From the NCBI GenBank assembly GCA_964609585.1, contig CAZSRA010000002.1:1-44819 (forward strand): DNA of 44,819 nucleotides, read 5' to 3'. This stretch comes from an uncultured Candidatus Saccharimonadales bacterium (GTDB lineage: Bacteria; Patescibacteriota; Saccharimonadia; UBA4664). The number at the start of each line of letters is the position of its first letter. Position 1 is the stretch's first letter. Below, in pieces: positions 24,988 through 35,700 of the stretch. Below the pieces are notes generated by a model. That model made no database searches, was not told the DNA's origin, and worked only from the letters and a program-made list of their open reading frames with translations. The position numbers and the translations under genes were made by a program.

Positions 24988-27354
24988 CTAGATAATTTTT
25001 TGAATAGGCGCAAAGGACAGACTGAGACGCTTGGGGCCGTGGCCTACAAAAGTAGCCGTGACTTCGTCGCCGGAGACACTGGAGACAAGGCCGTCGCCGA
25101 ATTTGGCGTGCCGGATGCGATCGCCGGGAGCGAGATCGAGGCCGAGCATTTCCTCGCGGTGGGCGTCGGCGGACTGGCGGGTGGTGGGAGCAGGCTGGGC
25201 CGCATACATGGGCTGCGCGCTCCAGCTACCGGCTCCGGTGGCGTGGCCAGCACTGGCGGTAGTGAGGCCGAGGGCGGCGCTGGACCATTCGGAGCCGGAA
25301 TCTTGGAGCTCGGGCGGGATTTCGAGCAGGAAGCGCGAGGGTGGGTTGTGATTGGTGGCACCGTAGAGCAGGCGGGAATTGGCGTAGAGCAAGTAGAGGC
25401 GTTCGCGGGCGCGGGTCATGCCCACATAGCACAGGCGGCGCTCTTCTTCCATTTGTTCGGCGTCAAAAAGGCTACGAGAGTGCGGAAAAATACCTTCTTC
25501 GGCGCCGGGAATGAAGACTACGGGAAATTCGAGGCCTTTGGCGGCGTGAAGGGTCATGAGGGTGACGGCGTTGGTGCTTTCGGAATAATTGTCGATGTCG
25601 GCGATGAGGGCGATTTCTTCGAGGAAACCTTCGAGGCTGAGCTCGTTGTAGGTTTCGGCTACGGAGAGGAGTTCTTTCACGTTTTCGATACGGTCGGCGG
25701 CTTGGATGGAGCCGTCGTCGAGGAAGGCGAGGTAGGCGGAGCGTTTGAGCACCAAATCAAGCAGGGGTCCGACGAGTAATTTTTTGGCTTCTTCGCGTAA
25801 TCCGTCGATGAGTAAGGCGAACTGCTGTAGGGCGTTGACCGCCTTGGTTTGGAGGCCGGGGACTCTATCTGCCTCCCTACACGCTTCCAGCAACGACATC
25901 ACTCGCTCGGTTTTTGCTACGGGTGAGTCGTCCTCACGTCGGCGAACGCTGTCCGTCTCTTCGGTGGGACCGGTATCTGAACCTACACCTCCATGCTCGG
26001 ACGACTCCCTCTTCGCACTACCCTCTTCTTTTATAAGTACCCTCTGAGCCCTTCGCCAGGTTTCTAACCTCTGAAGACTAACATCGCCCAGGCCTCTGGC
26101 GGGCAAGTTTATGATGCGACCGAAGCTCACGGGGTCGTCGGGCTGGTAGACGAAGCGGAGGTAGGCTAGGGCGTCTTTGATTTCTTTGCGTTCGTAGAAA
26201 CGGGTACCGCCGACGATTTTGTAGGGCAGGCCGGCGCGCAGGAAGCCTTCTTCGAGGGAGCGAGACTGGGCGTTGGTGCGGTAAAGAACGGCGAAGTCAG
26301 AGAGCTCACGTTTTTCGGATATACGTAGGTCCTGGACCCGGCCCACGATGGTTTCGGCTTCTTGGATTTCGTTGTAGACGTTGATGATGCCAATGCCGGC
26401 GCCGTCCCCATGGTTTGTCCAGAGTTTTTTGTCGGAGCGAGTGCGGTTTTTGGTGATGATAGCGTGGGCTGCGTCTAATATACGTTTGGTGGAGCGATAA
26501 TTTTGTTCGAGTTTGATGACAGTGGCTTTGGGATAGTCTTTTTCGAAGTCGAGGATGTTTTGAAAATTGGCGCCGCGCCAGGAGTAAATGGATTGCCAGT
26601 CGTCACCGACGACGCAGATGTTGCTGTGCCCCGCGGCGAGGAGTTTGGTGATTTGGTACTGGGCGTGGTTGGTGTCTTGGTACTCGTCGACCATGATATA
26701 GGCGAATTGTTTTTGATATTTGGCGAGGATGTTTGGATAATTTTTAAACATATCGACGGTGCGGAAGATGAGGTCGTCGAAGTCGAGCGCGCCGGCTTCG
26801 GCTAGGAGTGCCTGGTAGGCTGGGTAGACTTTGGCTGCGGCAGCTTGGGCGCGGCCACTCGCGATTTTGGCATAGGCGGCTGGGCCCATGAGCTCGTTTT
26901 TGGCACTGGAAATGAGGCCATGGATGAGGTTTGGGGTGAGCTGTTTGTCGTCGATGCCGAGGTTTCGCATGACGCGTTTGATGGCGCTCGCGGTGTCGCC
27001 AGAGTCGAAGATGAGGAAATTGGAGGCGAGGCCAATTTCAGTGGCTTCGCGGCGCAATAGGCGCATACAAATGGAGTGGAAGGTGCCTACAAAGGGCAAG
27101 TAGCTGCGGTTGGCCGGATTTTGGCCAAGGAGGCCGAGGACGCGGCCGCGCATTTCGCCGGCGGCCTTGTTGGTGAAGGTGACGGCGAGAATATTTGTGG
27201 GTGGTACGTCTTTTTCGGCTACGAGGTAAGCCACGCGATGCGTGAGGGCTTTGGTTTTACCAGAGCCAGCACCAGCCAAAATTAAAACCGGGCCTTCGGT
27301 GGTGATGGCGGCCTGTGTTTGCGGTTCGTTTAATTCGGCGAGGAGTGGATGCAC
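24988..27354 (-). CDS. pcrA: ATP-dependent DNA helicase PcrA/UvrD with in-frame insertion
   Basis: LAGAGSGKT, TFTNKAA, VDEYQD, VGDDWQSIYSWRGA, LEQNYRS, LYRTNAQSR, MTLHAAKGLEF, EERRL.YVGMTRA, C-terminal Tudor-like H.KFG.G. Confidence 0.97.
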   Translation of the reverse strand: MHPLLAELNEPQTQAAITTEGPVLILAGAGSGKTKALTHRVAYLVAEKDVPPTNILAVTFTNKAAGEMRGRVLGLLGQNPANRSYLPFVGTFHSICMRLLRREATEIGLASNFLIFDSGDTASAIKRVMRNLGIDDKQLTPNLIHGLISSAKNELMGPAAYAKIASGRAQAAAAKVYPAYQALLAEAGALDFDDLIFRTVDMFKNYPNILAKYQKQFAYIMVDEYQDTNHAQYQITKLLAAGHSNICVVGDDWQSIYSWRGANFQNILDFEKDYPKATVIKLEQNYRSTKRILDAAHAIITKNRTRSDKKLWTNHGDGAGIGIINVYNEIQEAETIVGRVQDLRISEKRELSDFAVLYRTNAQSRSLEEGFLRAGLPYKIVGGTRFYERKEIKDALAYLRFVYQPDDPVSFGRIINLPARGLGDVSLQRLETWRRAQRVLIKEEGSAKRESSEHGGVGSDTGPTEETDSVRRREDDSPVAKTERVMSLLEACREADRVPGLQTKAVNALQQFALLIDGLREEAKKLLVGPLLDLVLKRSAYLAFLDDGSIQAADRIENVKELLSVAETYNELSLEGFLEEIALIADIDNYSESTNAVTLMTLHAAKGLEFPVVFIPGAEEGIFPHSRSLFDAEQMEEERRLCYVGMTRARERLYLLYANSRLLYGATNHNPPSRFLLEIPPELQDSGSEWSSAALGLTTASAGHATGAGSWSAQPMYAAQPAPTTRQSADAHREEMLGLDLAPGDRIRHAKFGDGLVSSVSGDEVTATFVGHGPKRLSLSFAPIQKII
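25903..26040. other. In-frame palindromic insertion within pcrA (about 46 codons)
   Basis: Charged low-complexity peptide between RRAQ and MSLLEA; IR gagtcgtcc (25925-25933)/ggacgactc (25999-26007). Confidence 0.65.
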
Positions 27355-27404
27355 CTTACGATAATAGCCCAGATTGCTGATCTAGGACATGCATAGGAAG
27401 TACG

Positions 27405-28970
<1,566 letters not shown>

Positions 28971-29010
28971 GACGTTAATTATAACATAATTCTTATGCTG
29001 AGGGGTGAGT

Positions 29011-29442
29011 CTAGAAATCAGACCTTATGTCGAGCCGGTCCAGGCCGTGCTCTTCGAATTCTTGATGATAGCGGTCTTCGCGAGCCTTAAGCTCTCGCAC
29101 ATCTTCATCGGGGTCGAGATGATCGGCCTCCACTCCCCTTTCGCGGGCGAGATCGCGCAGCGCTAGTCGCTCGGCTAGCTCGTCCCAGAAAATGTGGTCG
29201 TCGTAATCGAGAATATGGTCGTCGTAGAGGCGATCGGTCCAATTTGAGTGCATGAAGTAGTTGCCGGTTTCTTCGTCTCGTGAAATGTCAGCATGAGGGC
29301 GAGAAGCGAGCAGTTTCTGCACGGTGGCTTCAGCGGCTTCGTCCTGGAACTCTGGATCGTGCTGAGCGTTGATCATCCACTCGCCAAGATAGGCGAGCTC
29401 GATTAATTTGCGGAATTCATCTGGGGTGAGTTCTAAATTCAC
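29011..29442 (-). CDS. Acidic hypothetical protein
   Basis: 143-aa ORF, GTG start 9 nt from TAGAAT; LAYLGEWMIN, FWDELAERLA.RD and EFEEHGL motifs look conserved. Confidence 0.75.
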   Translation of the reverse strand: MNLELTPDEFRKLIELAYLGEWMINAQHDPEFQDEAAEATVQKLLASRPHADISRDEETGNYFMHSNWTDRLYDDHILDYDDHIFWDELAERLALRDLARERGVEADHLDPDEDVRELKAREDRYHQEFEEHGLDRLDIRSDF

Positions 29443-29482
29443 AATGGGACTATTCTAGCCGATCTTGGGCCAGGATGCGACT

Positions 29483-30259
29483 TTAGCTGGCGGAGAGACT
29501 TTGGGATTTTTTTATCATGGCGGCAAATGTTTCGTAGTTGAGGCTGGAAGTGCCCGTGAGGAGACCGTCGACGTATTCTGTTTCTAGATAGGCCCGGCAG
29601 TTGTCAGCGTCGGTGCTGCCGCCATACAGGAGACGAACATTCTGCAGGCCGTCTTCGCCGTAGAGTTCTTCGAGGGTGGTGCGGATAGCTGGATAGGCGA
29701 AGCGAATATCGTCGGGGCGGGCGGGCTTGGGCTTGGTACCGTCGTGGTGGTTGATGGCCCAAACGGGTTCGTAGGCTATGACTATGTTTGAGACATCGGC
29801 GGCCGTGAGCATGGCGAGGTCGGCAGTGAGTTGGTCGACAATGACTTTTTCGGCCAGGTTGTGCTCGCGATCGTGTAGGTTTTCGCCGATACACAGGATG
29901 GGAGTGAGGTTGTTGCGCACAGCGGCGGCTAGCTTTAGCGCAATGGCTTTATCGGTTTCGCCCATAGCACGGCGTTCGGAGTGGCCAACGATGACATACT
30001 GGGCAAGGCCTTTGATCATGGAGCCGGAAATTTCTCCCGTGTATGGGCCGGCGTCGAGGTGATGGATGTTTTGGGCGCCGAGCTTGAATTTTTTGTGATC
30101 GAGCTCGCGCGAGACGGGATAAAGATCTATAGACGGTACGCAAAGCACAATTTCGGTAGTGGCGTCAGGGGTAACTTTGTCGTCGAGACGCTTAACGAAG
30201 AGGCTGGCTTCTCCCGGCGAGAGGTTCATTTTCCAGTTGGCGGCAATGAGGCGTTTCAT
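29483..30259 (-). CDS. tpiA: Triosephosphate isomerase
   Basis: ANWKMN, GAQN, TGEIS, GHSERR, AYEPVWAI, LYGGS. Confidence 0.95.
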   Translation of the reverse strand: MKRLIAANWKMNLSPGEASLFVKRLDDKVTPDATTEIVLCVPSIDLYPVSRELDHKKFKLGAQNIHHLDAGPYTGEISGSMIKGLAQYVIVGHSERRAMGETDKAIALKLAAAVRNNLTPILCIGENLHDREHNLAEKVIVDQLTADLAMLTAADVSNIVIAYEPVWAINHHDGTKPKPARPDDIRFAYPAIRTTLEELYGEDGLQNVRLLYGGSTDADNCRAYLETEYVDGLLTGTSSLNYETFAAMIKKSQSLSAS

Positions 30260-30306
30260 AATCTTAAGACATCATAGCGCTTATGCGTCCGGGTGTCACG
30301 AGGAGT

Positions 30307-31506
30307 TTATTTGTCTAGTAGGGCGTCCACGCAGGGCAGGCCTTTGCCCCCCATGAGCTCAAGGCTAGCGCCCCCACCCGTGGAAACCCAGGTGAATTTG
30401 TCGTGCAGGTGCTCGCCGTCCACGAAACTGGCTGTGTCCCCCCCGCCAATGATAGTGGTGGCGCCGGTGGTGGCAATAACGGCATCGGCCATGGCGCGCG
30501 TGCCAGCCCGAAACTCCGGGACTTCGGTGATGCCGAGCGGGCCGTTCCAGATAATCGTAGATTTTCCGTCGAAATCGAGAAAATCGAAGATCTCGGTTTT
30601 GAGGGCTTCGCCGTAGCTAGGGGCAGCGTCCACGATGTAGTCGTCATCTGCAACGTTTTTTAGAGGCACGGCATGTAATTTTTCGGCTTTTTCTAGGCTT
30701 TTTGACACCATAACTTCTTGGGGAAGTAGCAGGTGAGTGTTTTCTTTTTCGGCGATACTTAAGAGCTTTTTCACATCGGCGGCCGCTTCGCGTTCGGCAA
30801 TGCTTTTGCCGATGCCGGTTCCTTGGACGAAGGCAAAGGTGTTGGCGATGGGGCCGGTAAGGAGCATAGAGTCGACTTTAGGAATTAGATTGGTGAGAAT
30901 TTCGAGCTTGGTGGAGACTTTGGCGCCACCGATGATGGCAACCAAGGGACGATTGGGATGCTCGATGGCACCGGTAATGAAATCAACTTCTTTTTCGACG
31001 AGAAGCCCTGCAACGGCCGGAAGAACGTGCGCGACGCCCTCGGTGGAGGCGTGAGGGCGGTAGGAGGCAAAGGCGTCGTAGACGAAAATGTCGGAGCCTG
31101 CGGCGAGCTGTTTGGCGAAAGCAGGATCGTTTGCTTCTTCCTCGGGATGAAAGCGAACATTTTCGAGGCAGATCATGTCGCCTGGGTTGAGCGCTGCGAT
31201 CGCGGCCTGCGCCTGGGGACCGACGCAATCAGGCACGAAGGTAACGGGGCGACCGAAGATCTCGGCGGCTTTGGCGGCCACGGGTTTTAGGCTAAATTTG
31301 GGATCTGGCTTGCCATCGGGACGGCCGAGGTGGCTGGTGATGACGATTTTGCAATCTTTACTCCAAAGATATTCGAGCGTGGCGCGGGTGGCTTCGATGC
31401 GGAAGGTGTCTGAGACCTCGCCGTCTTTGACGGGAACGTTCCAGTCTAGGCGGGCGAAGATGGTCTTACCTTGGAGGTCGATGTCGCGGATGGTTTTTTT
31501 AAGCAT
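30307..31506 (-). CDS. pgk: Phosphoglycerate kinase
   Basis: RLDWNVP, SHLGRP, LENVRF, GGAKVS.K, WNGP.G, GGGDT, STGGGASLE. Confidence 0.96.
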   Translation of the reverse strand: MLKKTIRDIDLQGKTIFARLDWNVPVKDGEVSDTFRIEATRATLEYLWSKDCKIVITSHLGRPDGKPDPKFSLKPVAAKAAEIFGRPVTFVPDCVGPQAQAAIAALNPGDMICLENVRFHPEEEANDPAFAKQLAAGSDIFVYDAFASYRPHASTEGVAHVLPAVAGLLVEKEVDFITGAIEHPNRPLVAIIGGAKVSTKLEILTNLIPKVDSMLLTGPIANTFAFVQGTGIGKSIAEREAAADVKKLLSIAEKENTHLLLPQEVMVSKSLEKAEKLHAVPLKNVADDDYIVDAAPSYGEALKTEIFDFLDFDGKSTIIWNGPLGITEVPEFRAGTRAMADAVIATTGATTIIGGGDTASFVDGEHLHDKFTWVSTGGGASLELMGGKGLPCVDALLDK

Positions 31507-31572
31507 GGTGTAAGGTCCTTCGTTTGATTAATCGTAACCTGAAATGGGTGGAGCGGGAAGCTTGGGTGAGTT

Positions 31573-31601
31573 TTGACAATTGATAGCATTGTTGTTAGGG
31601 T
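31573..31601 (+). promoter_or_regulatory. Sigma70-type promoter divergent from pgk
   Basis: TTGACA-17 nt-TAGGGT with a TG extension. Confidence 0.55.
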
Positions 31602-31742
31602 TTTCGCTGTTGACGGAAAAAGATCATGGCCCGTTTTGGGCTGTTTCTCTTTTTTCGCTAACCAAGCCGGCATGGAAGATTTCCAGATGAGGCTCATAAT
31701 GAGGCTTCGTCACCGCCGGACAGACGACAAGGAGTCGTGAAA

Positions 31743-31910
31743 ATGCCCACGAAGCCAGACCCCGAAACGGCGGCCGATAACCTGGCGGACGCAGTCGCGA
31801 ACGCCGTGGCCGAGGGCCGCGATCCATCCAGGGACCGGCATGTCCAACTCTACGAGGCCGATGTGGCCGCAGCCGCGGCTGAAGCCGACACTCCTCCTCC
31901 CGCAGCGTAG
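31743..31910 (+). CDS. Small acidic Ala-rich protein (55 aa, absent from the supplied ORF track)
   Basis: AAGGAG SD (31729-31734); MPTKPDPETAADNLADAVANAVAEGRDPSRDRHVQLYEADVAAAAAEADTPPPAA; promoter upstream and hairpin downstream. Confidence 0.65.
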   Translation: MPTKPDPETAADNLADAVANAVAEGRDPSRDRHVQLYEADVAAAAAEADTPPPAA

Positions 31911-31938
31911 GGGCGAAGGTTGTCTCAGGGTCACAACC

Positions 31939-31976
31939 CCCTCGAGACGGACGCCCGTGCGCGTCCGTCTCGAGGG
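31939..31976. terminator. 16-bp perfect hairpin
   Basis: ccctcgagacggacgc/gcgtccgtctcgaggg. Confidence 0.7.
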
Positions 31977-32096
31977 ACTGAATGTTATCTTTTAAACTCT
32001 TTGATGTCATATTGATTTATAAAAGTTGATAGTCGGCAGCCGATCCGGCAAAATAGCCAGGTCCGCAAGTTTGTTTCGATTGCCGAGGAGGCAACG

Positions 32097-32549
32097 ATGT
32101 TTGACACCGTCATGCGATCAGTGTCGGCACTGGGAGGATCAAGGGTCCAGTTCTACCCGACAACTGATCTGAGCGGGGCGACAGCCAAGACACCTGCCGA
32201 TTTTCCGGTGGGCCTCAGGACCGTCGGGCTGGTCATGCCGCTCGTCGGAGGAGATCAAGCTCTTCGGAGCGCGTTCGATGTCGTCGTAAACGACGAGGGC
32301 AAACTGTTCGGGACTCGGCGCCCCGCCGACCCCGTACCAGTCACCATCGCCTATGCCTGGCGGTGCCAGATCGAGGTTGATGAGCTCGGCGTAGTCCTCC
32401 GCACTCAGCTTCTTGATGGCACTCACGGTACCTACCGTGTGCTCCCCGGACAAGACATGTTTGTCTTCCTTCGGGAAGACTTCCCTGCTCAGGGTGAAGT
32501 TGATGAGGCGGTAGCGTGCTACTCGCCGAGTTGTCTCCAGACGCCCTGA
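32097..32549 (+). CDS. Orphan protein, paralog of 32516..33082
   Basis: GAGGAGG SD; shares P.GL, P..GGD, RRP.D, A.AW, LDG and FV motifs with the next ORF. Confidence 0.7.
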   Translation: MFDTVMRSVSALGGSRVQFYPTTDLSGATAKTPADFPVGLRTVGLVMPLVGGDQALRSAFDVVVNDEGKLFGTRRPADPVPVTIAYAWRCQIEVDELGVVLRTQLLDGTHGTYRVLPGQDMFVFLREDFPAQGEVDEAVACYSPSCLQTP

Positions 32550-33082
32550 CTTCCGGCTACACACTGCAGCAAAACGACGACCCGACCGCTGTCCCTGCTG
32601 GGCTAGCGGTCGGGGCTCTATTGCAGGGTCCAAATTTCGCTTTGCCTACTGGGGGTGATACCTTGATAGTGGTTCCTCACACAGTTTATAGCGTCGCAGA
32701 AATTCGTAGTCTAAGGCCCGGGACCATCCCAGAACCTCTCAGAGCTGAAGCTCTGACTATCGGAGTTATTGGCACAGTGTGGCGGCTCGGCTCGCTAGAG
32801 AGGCTTCAAACCGCATTTGGTATGGTGATTTCGCCTCGTCGGCCTACCGACGTGAATTGTCCAGCGCTCGCAGGCGCATGGGCAAGAAATGGTACTGTCG
32901 GACTCGATAATATCGGCGGAATGCGGATTGCCATAACTTCTTTGGATGGCGGTCCACCGAGGATTTACCCTCTCAGAGCCGATAGTGGTAGCGTGTTCGT
33001 CTGTGAGGGTGAGTCGACTGAGATGCAGGTAAACCACCTCATGCTTCGCCTTATGGCCGACGCCTACGAACGCAGACTTTAA
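32516..33082 (+). CDS. Orphan protein, paralog of 32097..32549
   Basis: GTG start with GAGG upstream, 34-nt overlap with the previous ORF; collinear shared motifs. Confidence 0.65.
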   Translation: MLLAELSPDALTSGYTLQQNDDPTAVPAGLAVGALLQGPNFALPTGGDTLIVVPHTVYSVAEIRSLRPGTIPEPLRAEALTIGVIGTVWRLGSLERLQTAFGMVISPRRPTDVNCPALAGAWARNGTVGLDNIGGMRIAITSLDGGPPRIYPLRADSGSVFVCEGESTEMQVNHLMLRLMADAYERRL

Positions 33083-33113
33083 CGCCGCCTAAAGGTGCCT
33101 TACATGTGTGACA

Positions 33114-33185
33114 TACCCGACTATCGGTTTTGTATGAGCCGGTGGTCGGGTAAGGTCTGAAAGCTCAAAGACTATTTTGAGCTTT
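33114..33185. terminator. Tandem hairpins between orphan pair and pyk
   Basis: tacccgactatcgg/ccggtggtcgggta and aaagctcaaa/tttgagcttt. Confidence 0.65.
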
Positions 33186-33199
33186 TGGGCCTTTTTGGA

Positions 33200-34612
33200 T
33201 TAATCGACGATTTTGATGGCGAGTTTGTTGGTGCCACCAATGAGGCCGGGCTGGTTGCCGGAGGTGACAACAAGTGCGTCACCGTTGGCAATGTTGCCGA
33301 GGCCTTTTAGCTCACGAACAACCTGGTCTACGGCCCCTTCCATGGAAGGGGATAAGTAGGATTTGCCGCCCCACACGATGGCGAGCTGGTAGTAGACTCG
33401 TTCGTGGTCGGTGACCATAATGATGGGAACGTTGGGCCGAAGTGAAGCGATATTGCGGGCCGTTTGGCCGGAGCTGGTTTCGGCAATGATGACTTTGGCT
33501 GGAAGCTGGTGTGCAAGAACAGCGGCTGCCGCGGAGATGGCGTTGCTGCCGTCGTGCTCGAGCTCGGTGGAGGGTTTGGCTGAAAGTATGGGATCTTCGC
33601 GCTCGGCCCGAAGGATGATGCGCTTCATCATTTTGACGGTTTCAACGGGGAAGAGCCCCATTGCGGTTTCGCCGGAAAGCATGACGGCATCAGTACCTTC
33701 GAGGACGGCGGTGGCAACATCGGAGACTTCGGCGCGGGTGGGCTGGGGCGATTGGATCATGCTTTCAAGCATTTGGGTGGCGACGATGATGGTTTTGCGA
33801 TGGTGCTTGGCGAGCTCGATCATGCGGCGCTGTACGCCGGGGACGGCTTCGGGCATGGTTTCGACAGCCAGGTCGCCACGAGCCACCATCAGAGCATCGG
33901 AGGCTATGACGATTTCTTCGAGGTTTTCGACTGCTGCGGCGGTTTCGATTTTGGCAATGACGCGCAAATCGGATTTGAATTTGCCGAGGCGATCTTTGAG
34001 GCTCAGGATATCCTGAGCCGTCTGCACAAATGAAAGAGCAATGTAGTCGCATTTAGCCTTTACGGCAAATTCGATGTCGGCGATATCTTTGGTGGTGAGG
34101 ATGTCGCCGCCCATGTCGGAGTCGGGCAAGTTCATGCCCTGATTGGAGTAGAGCAGGCCGGGGTTCATGACCTTGCCGCTGATGAGATTTTTTTCGATTT
34201 TTTGGACTTCGATTTGAATCATGCCGTCGCGCAAGAAGATGCGTTCACCTTTTTTGAGGTATTTCGAAACGTCGTGCTGAATCGGGATAACGCCCGTGGA
34301 ATCGAAAACAGCGCCGTACTGGAAACGTACGACGGTATCGCGAACAAACGGCAGGCCGTCGGCTGGGAGGGTGCCGACCCGGATTTTGGGACCCTGGAGG
34401 TCGGCAATGACGGCAATGGGTTTTTGGTGCTTGTCACTTAATTTGCGGGCGATTTTTACAACTTCGGCATGTTGCTCGTGAGTGCCGTGCGACATATTGA
34501 GCCGGTAGGCATTCACGCCTGCGAGCAGGAGCTCCTCAAGGACCTGCGGCGAACTCGACGCAGGTCCTATGGTGGCAACAATTTTAGTTCGTTTGAATGA
34601 AGCTGCTAGCAT
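33200..34612 (-). CDS. pyk: Pyruvate kinase
   Basis: RTKIVATIGP, RLNMSHG, DLQGPKIR, IAKIE, MVARGDL, ATQMLESM..P.PTRAEVSD, DAVMLSGETA. Confidence 0.97.
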   Translation of the reverse strand: MLAASFKRTKIVATIGPASSSPQVLEELLLAGVNAYRLNMSHGTHEQHAEVVKIARKLSDKHQKPIAVIADLQGPKIRVGTLPADGLPFVRDTVVRFQYGAVFDSTGVIPIQHDVSKYLKKGERIFLRDGMIQIEVQKIEKNLISGKVMNPGLLYSNQGMNLPDSDMGGDILTTKDIADIEFAVKAKCDYIALSFVQTAQDILSLKDRLGKFKSDLRVIAKIETAAAVENLEEIVIASDALMVARGDLAVETMPEAVPGVQRRMIELAKHHRKTIIVATQMLESMIQSPQPTRAEVSDVATAVLEGTDAVMLSGETAMGLFPVETVKMMKRIILRAEREDPILSAKPSTELEHDGSNAISAAAAVLAHQLPAKVIIAETSSGQTARNIASLRPNVPIIMVTDHERVYYQLAIVWGGKSYLSPSMEGAVDQVVRELKGLGNIANGDALVVTSGNQPGLIGGTNKLAIKIVD

Positions 34613-35187
34613 TATGAGAAGATGCTGCGCAGCGTAGCAAGCAACTTGGCGCGGGCAGCTTTAATGGCATCCTGATAAGTATGACGGGCAGTGTTTATGC
34701 ACTGACGAAAGGTTGCTTGCTTCTCGTGTGAGGCCTGAGTCTTATCGAGGGTAGAGGTAAGTGTGTCAGTATCAGCATCGAGGCGGTCTTGCAGTGTGGC
34801 ATTGGCCTTGTCTAGGTGCTGGTTGAATTTCGTAGCGTTGCTAAAGGCGGTGGGATTGGCGGTCCCGGCACTAAAGTCAGCAGCAGCGGCGGTGCTTTGT
34901 TTGTGGAAATCGCTGGTGGCGTCAGGATCAGAGCCAAGACCGGAGACGCAGGCTGCAACATCAGCCTGGAAGTGCGAGTTGGCGGCACTTATAGATTGCT
35001 CGAATTCCTGGATAGCAGCCTGAATAAGCGCAACATTGCCACCGTAACCGCCATAACCATCGCCGCCTGAGTGATGATGACGGTGAGCCGCTTGAGCAAT
35101 GCCGGCAACTCCTGCTGAAGCCGTAATGGCTACTACGCCAATGGCGAATATGGCTTTTGTTAGATTTGATTTATTTATGTGAACCAT
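34612..35187 (-). CDS. Secreted helical hypothetical protein
   Basis: AGGAGG SD, signal peptide ending AQA, HRHHH-GGDGYGGYGG segment, two Cys; TAATG overlap with pyk. Confidence 0.75.
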   Translation of the reverse strand: MVHINKSNLTKAIFAIGVVAITASAGVAGIAQAAHRHHHSGGDGYGGYGGNVALIQAAIQEFEQSISAANSHFQADVAACVSGLGSDPDATSDFHKQSTAAAADFSAGTANPTAFSNATKFNQHLDKANATLQDRLDADTDTLTSTLDKTQASHEKQATFRQCINTARHTYQDAIKAARAKLLATLRSIFS

Positions 35188-35217
35188 AGGGTTCCCTCCT
35201 TGTGACGAGCCCCTTGC

Positions 35218-35700
35218 TTAAAGGGTGCTGCTCGTTAATTTCAATTCTAGTATAGCGCTAATGGTTCCAACTACCAAGAGTTCATAGACATAAATGGCAG
35301 CATTTTCGGCAATATCGGGTTGGTTAATGATCTGAAAGAGCCCGACCGAAAGTAAAATGATGAACGCCAGAGCGAAGGTGAGGCGGCTTGGTTGTCGCCA
35401 GATAAACACAACGGCGACAGCGTAGGCAAGGACGATGAGTTGGCCGATAGTGGTATTGATGGCGGCGACCAAAGCTACAGTGGCAATGAGCGGGTATTGG
35501 GCGTATTCCCAAGCGTTTTGCCGAGTGCGAGCAGGTTGTCTGGTACGTTTGGGACGTGCGACGGCCTGCCTAGCCTCAGCTGTCGGCGCCACATGTGTGC
35601 GCCTGGGCATGCCGGGAGGCAATGGTAGTTCGCCTCGACTAGCTGGCCGCCTTGGTTGCGGACGTCGAATGTCGCGCGAGATCGTGGGCCGGCCGATCAT
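35218..35700 (-). CDS. Membrane protein with Arg/Pro-rich N-terminus
   Basis: ATG at 35700 overlaps the upstream TGA; about 4 TM segments. Confidence 0.7.
   Translation of the reverse strand: MIGRPTISRDIRRPQPRRPASRGELPLPPGMPRRTHVAPTAEARQAVARPKRTRQPARTRQNAWEYAQYPLIATVALVAAINTTIGQLIVLAYAVAVVFIWRQPSRLTFALAFIILLSVGLFQIINQPDIAENAAIYVYELLVVGTISAILELKLTSSTL

Noticed and set aside
25903..26040. Intein or intron interpretation of the pcrA insert
   Set aside because: Too short; lacks N-terminal Cys/Ser and C-terminal His-Asn splice motifs and any group I/II intron core
31624..32010. 128-aa and 74-aa minus-strand ORFs
   Set aside because: Antisense to the better-supported 55-aa plus-strand unit and crossing its hairpins
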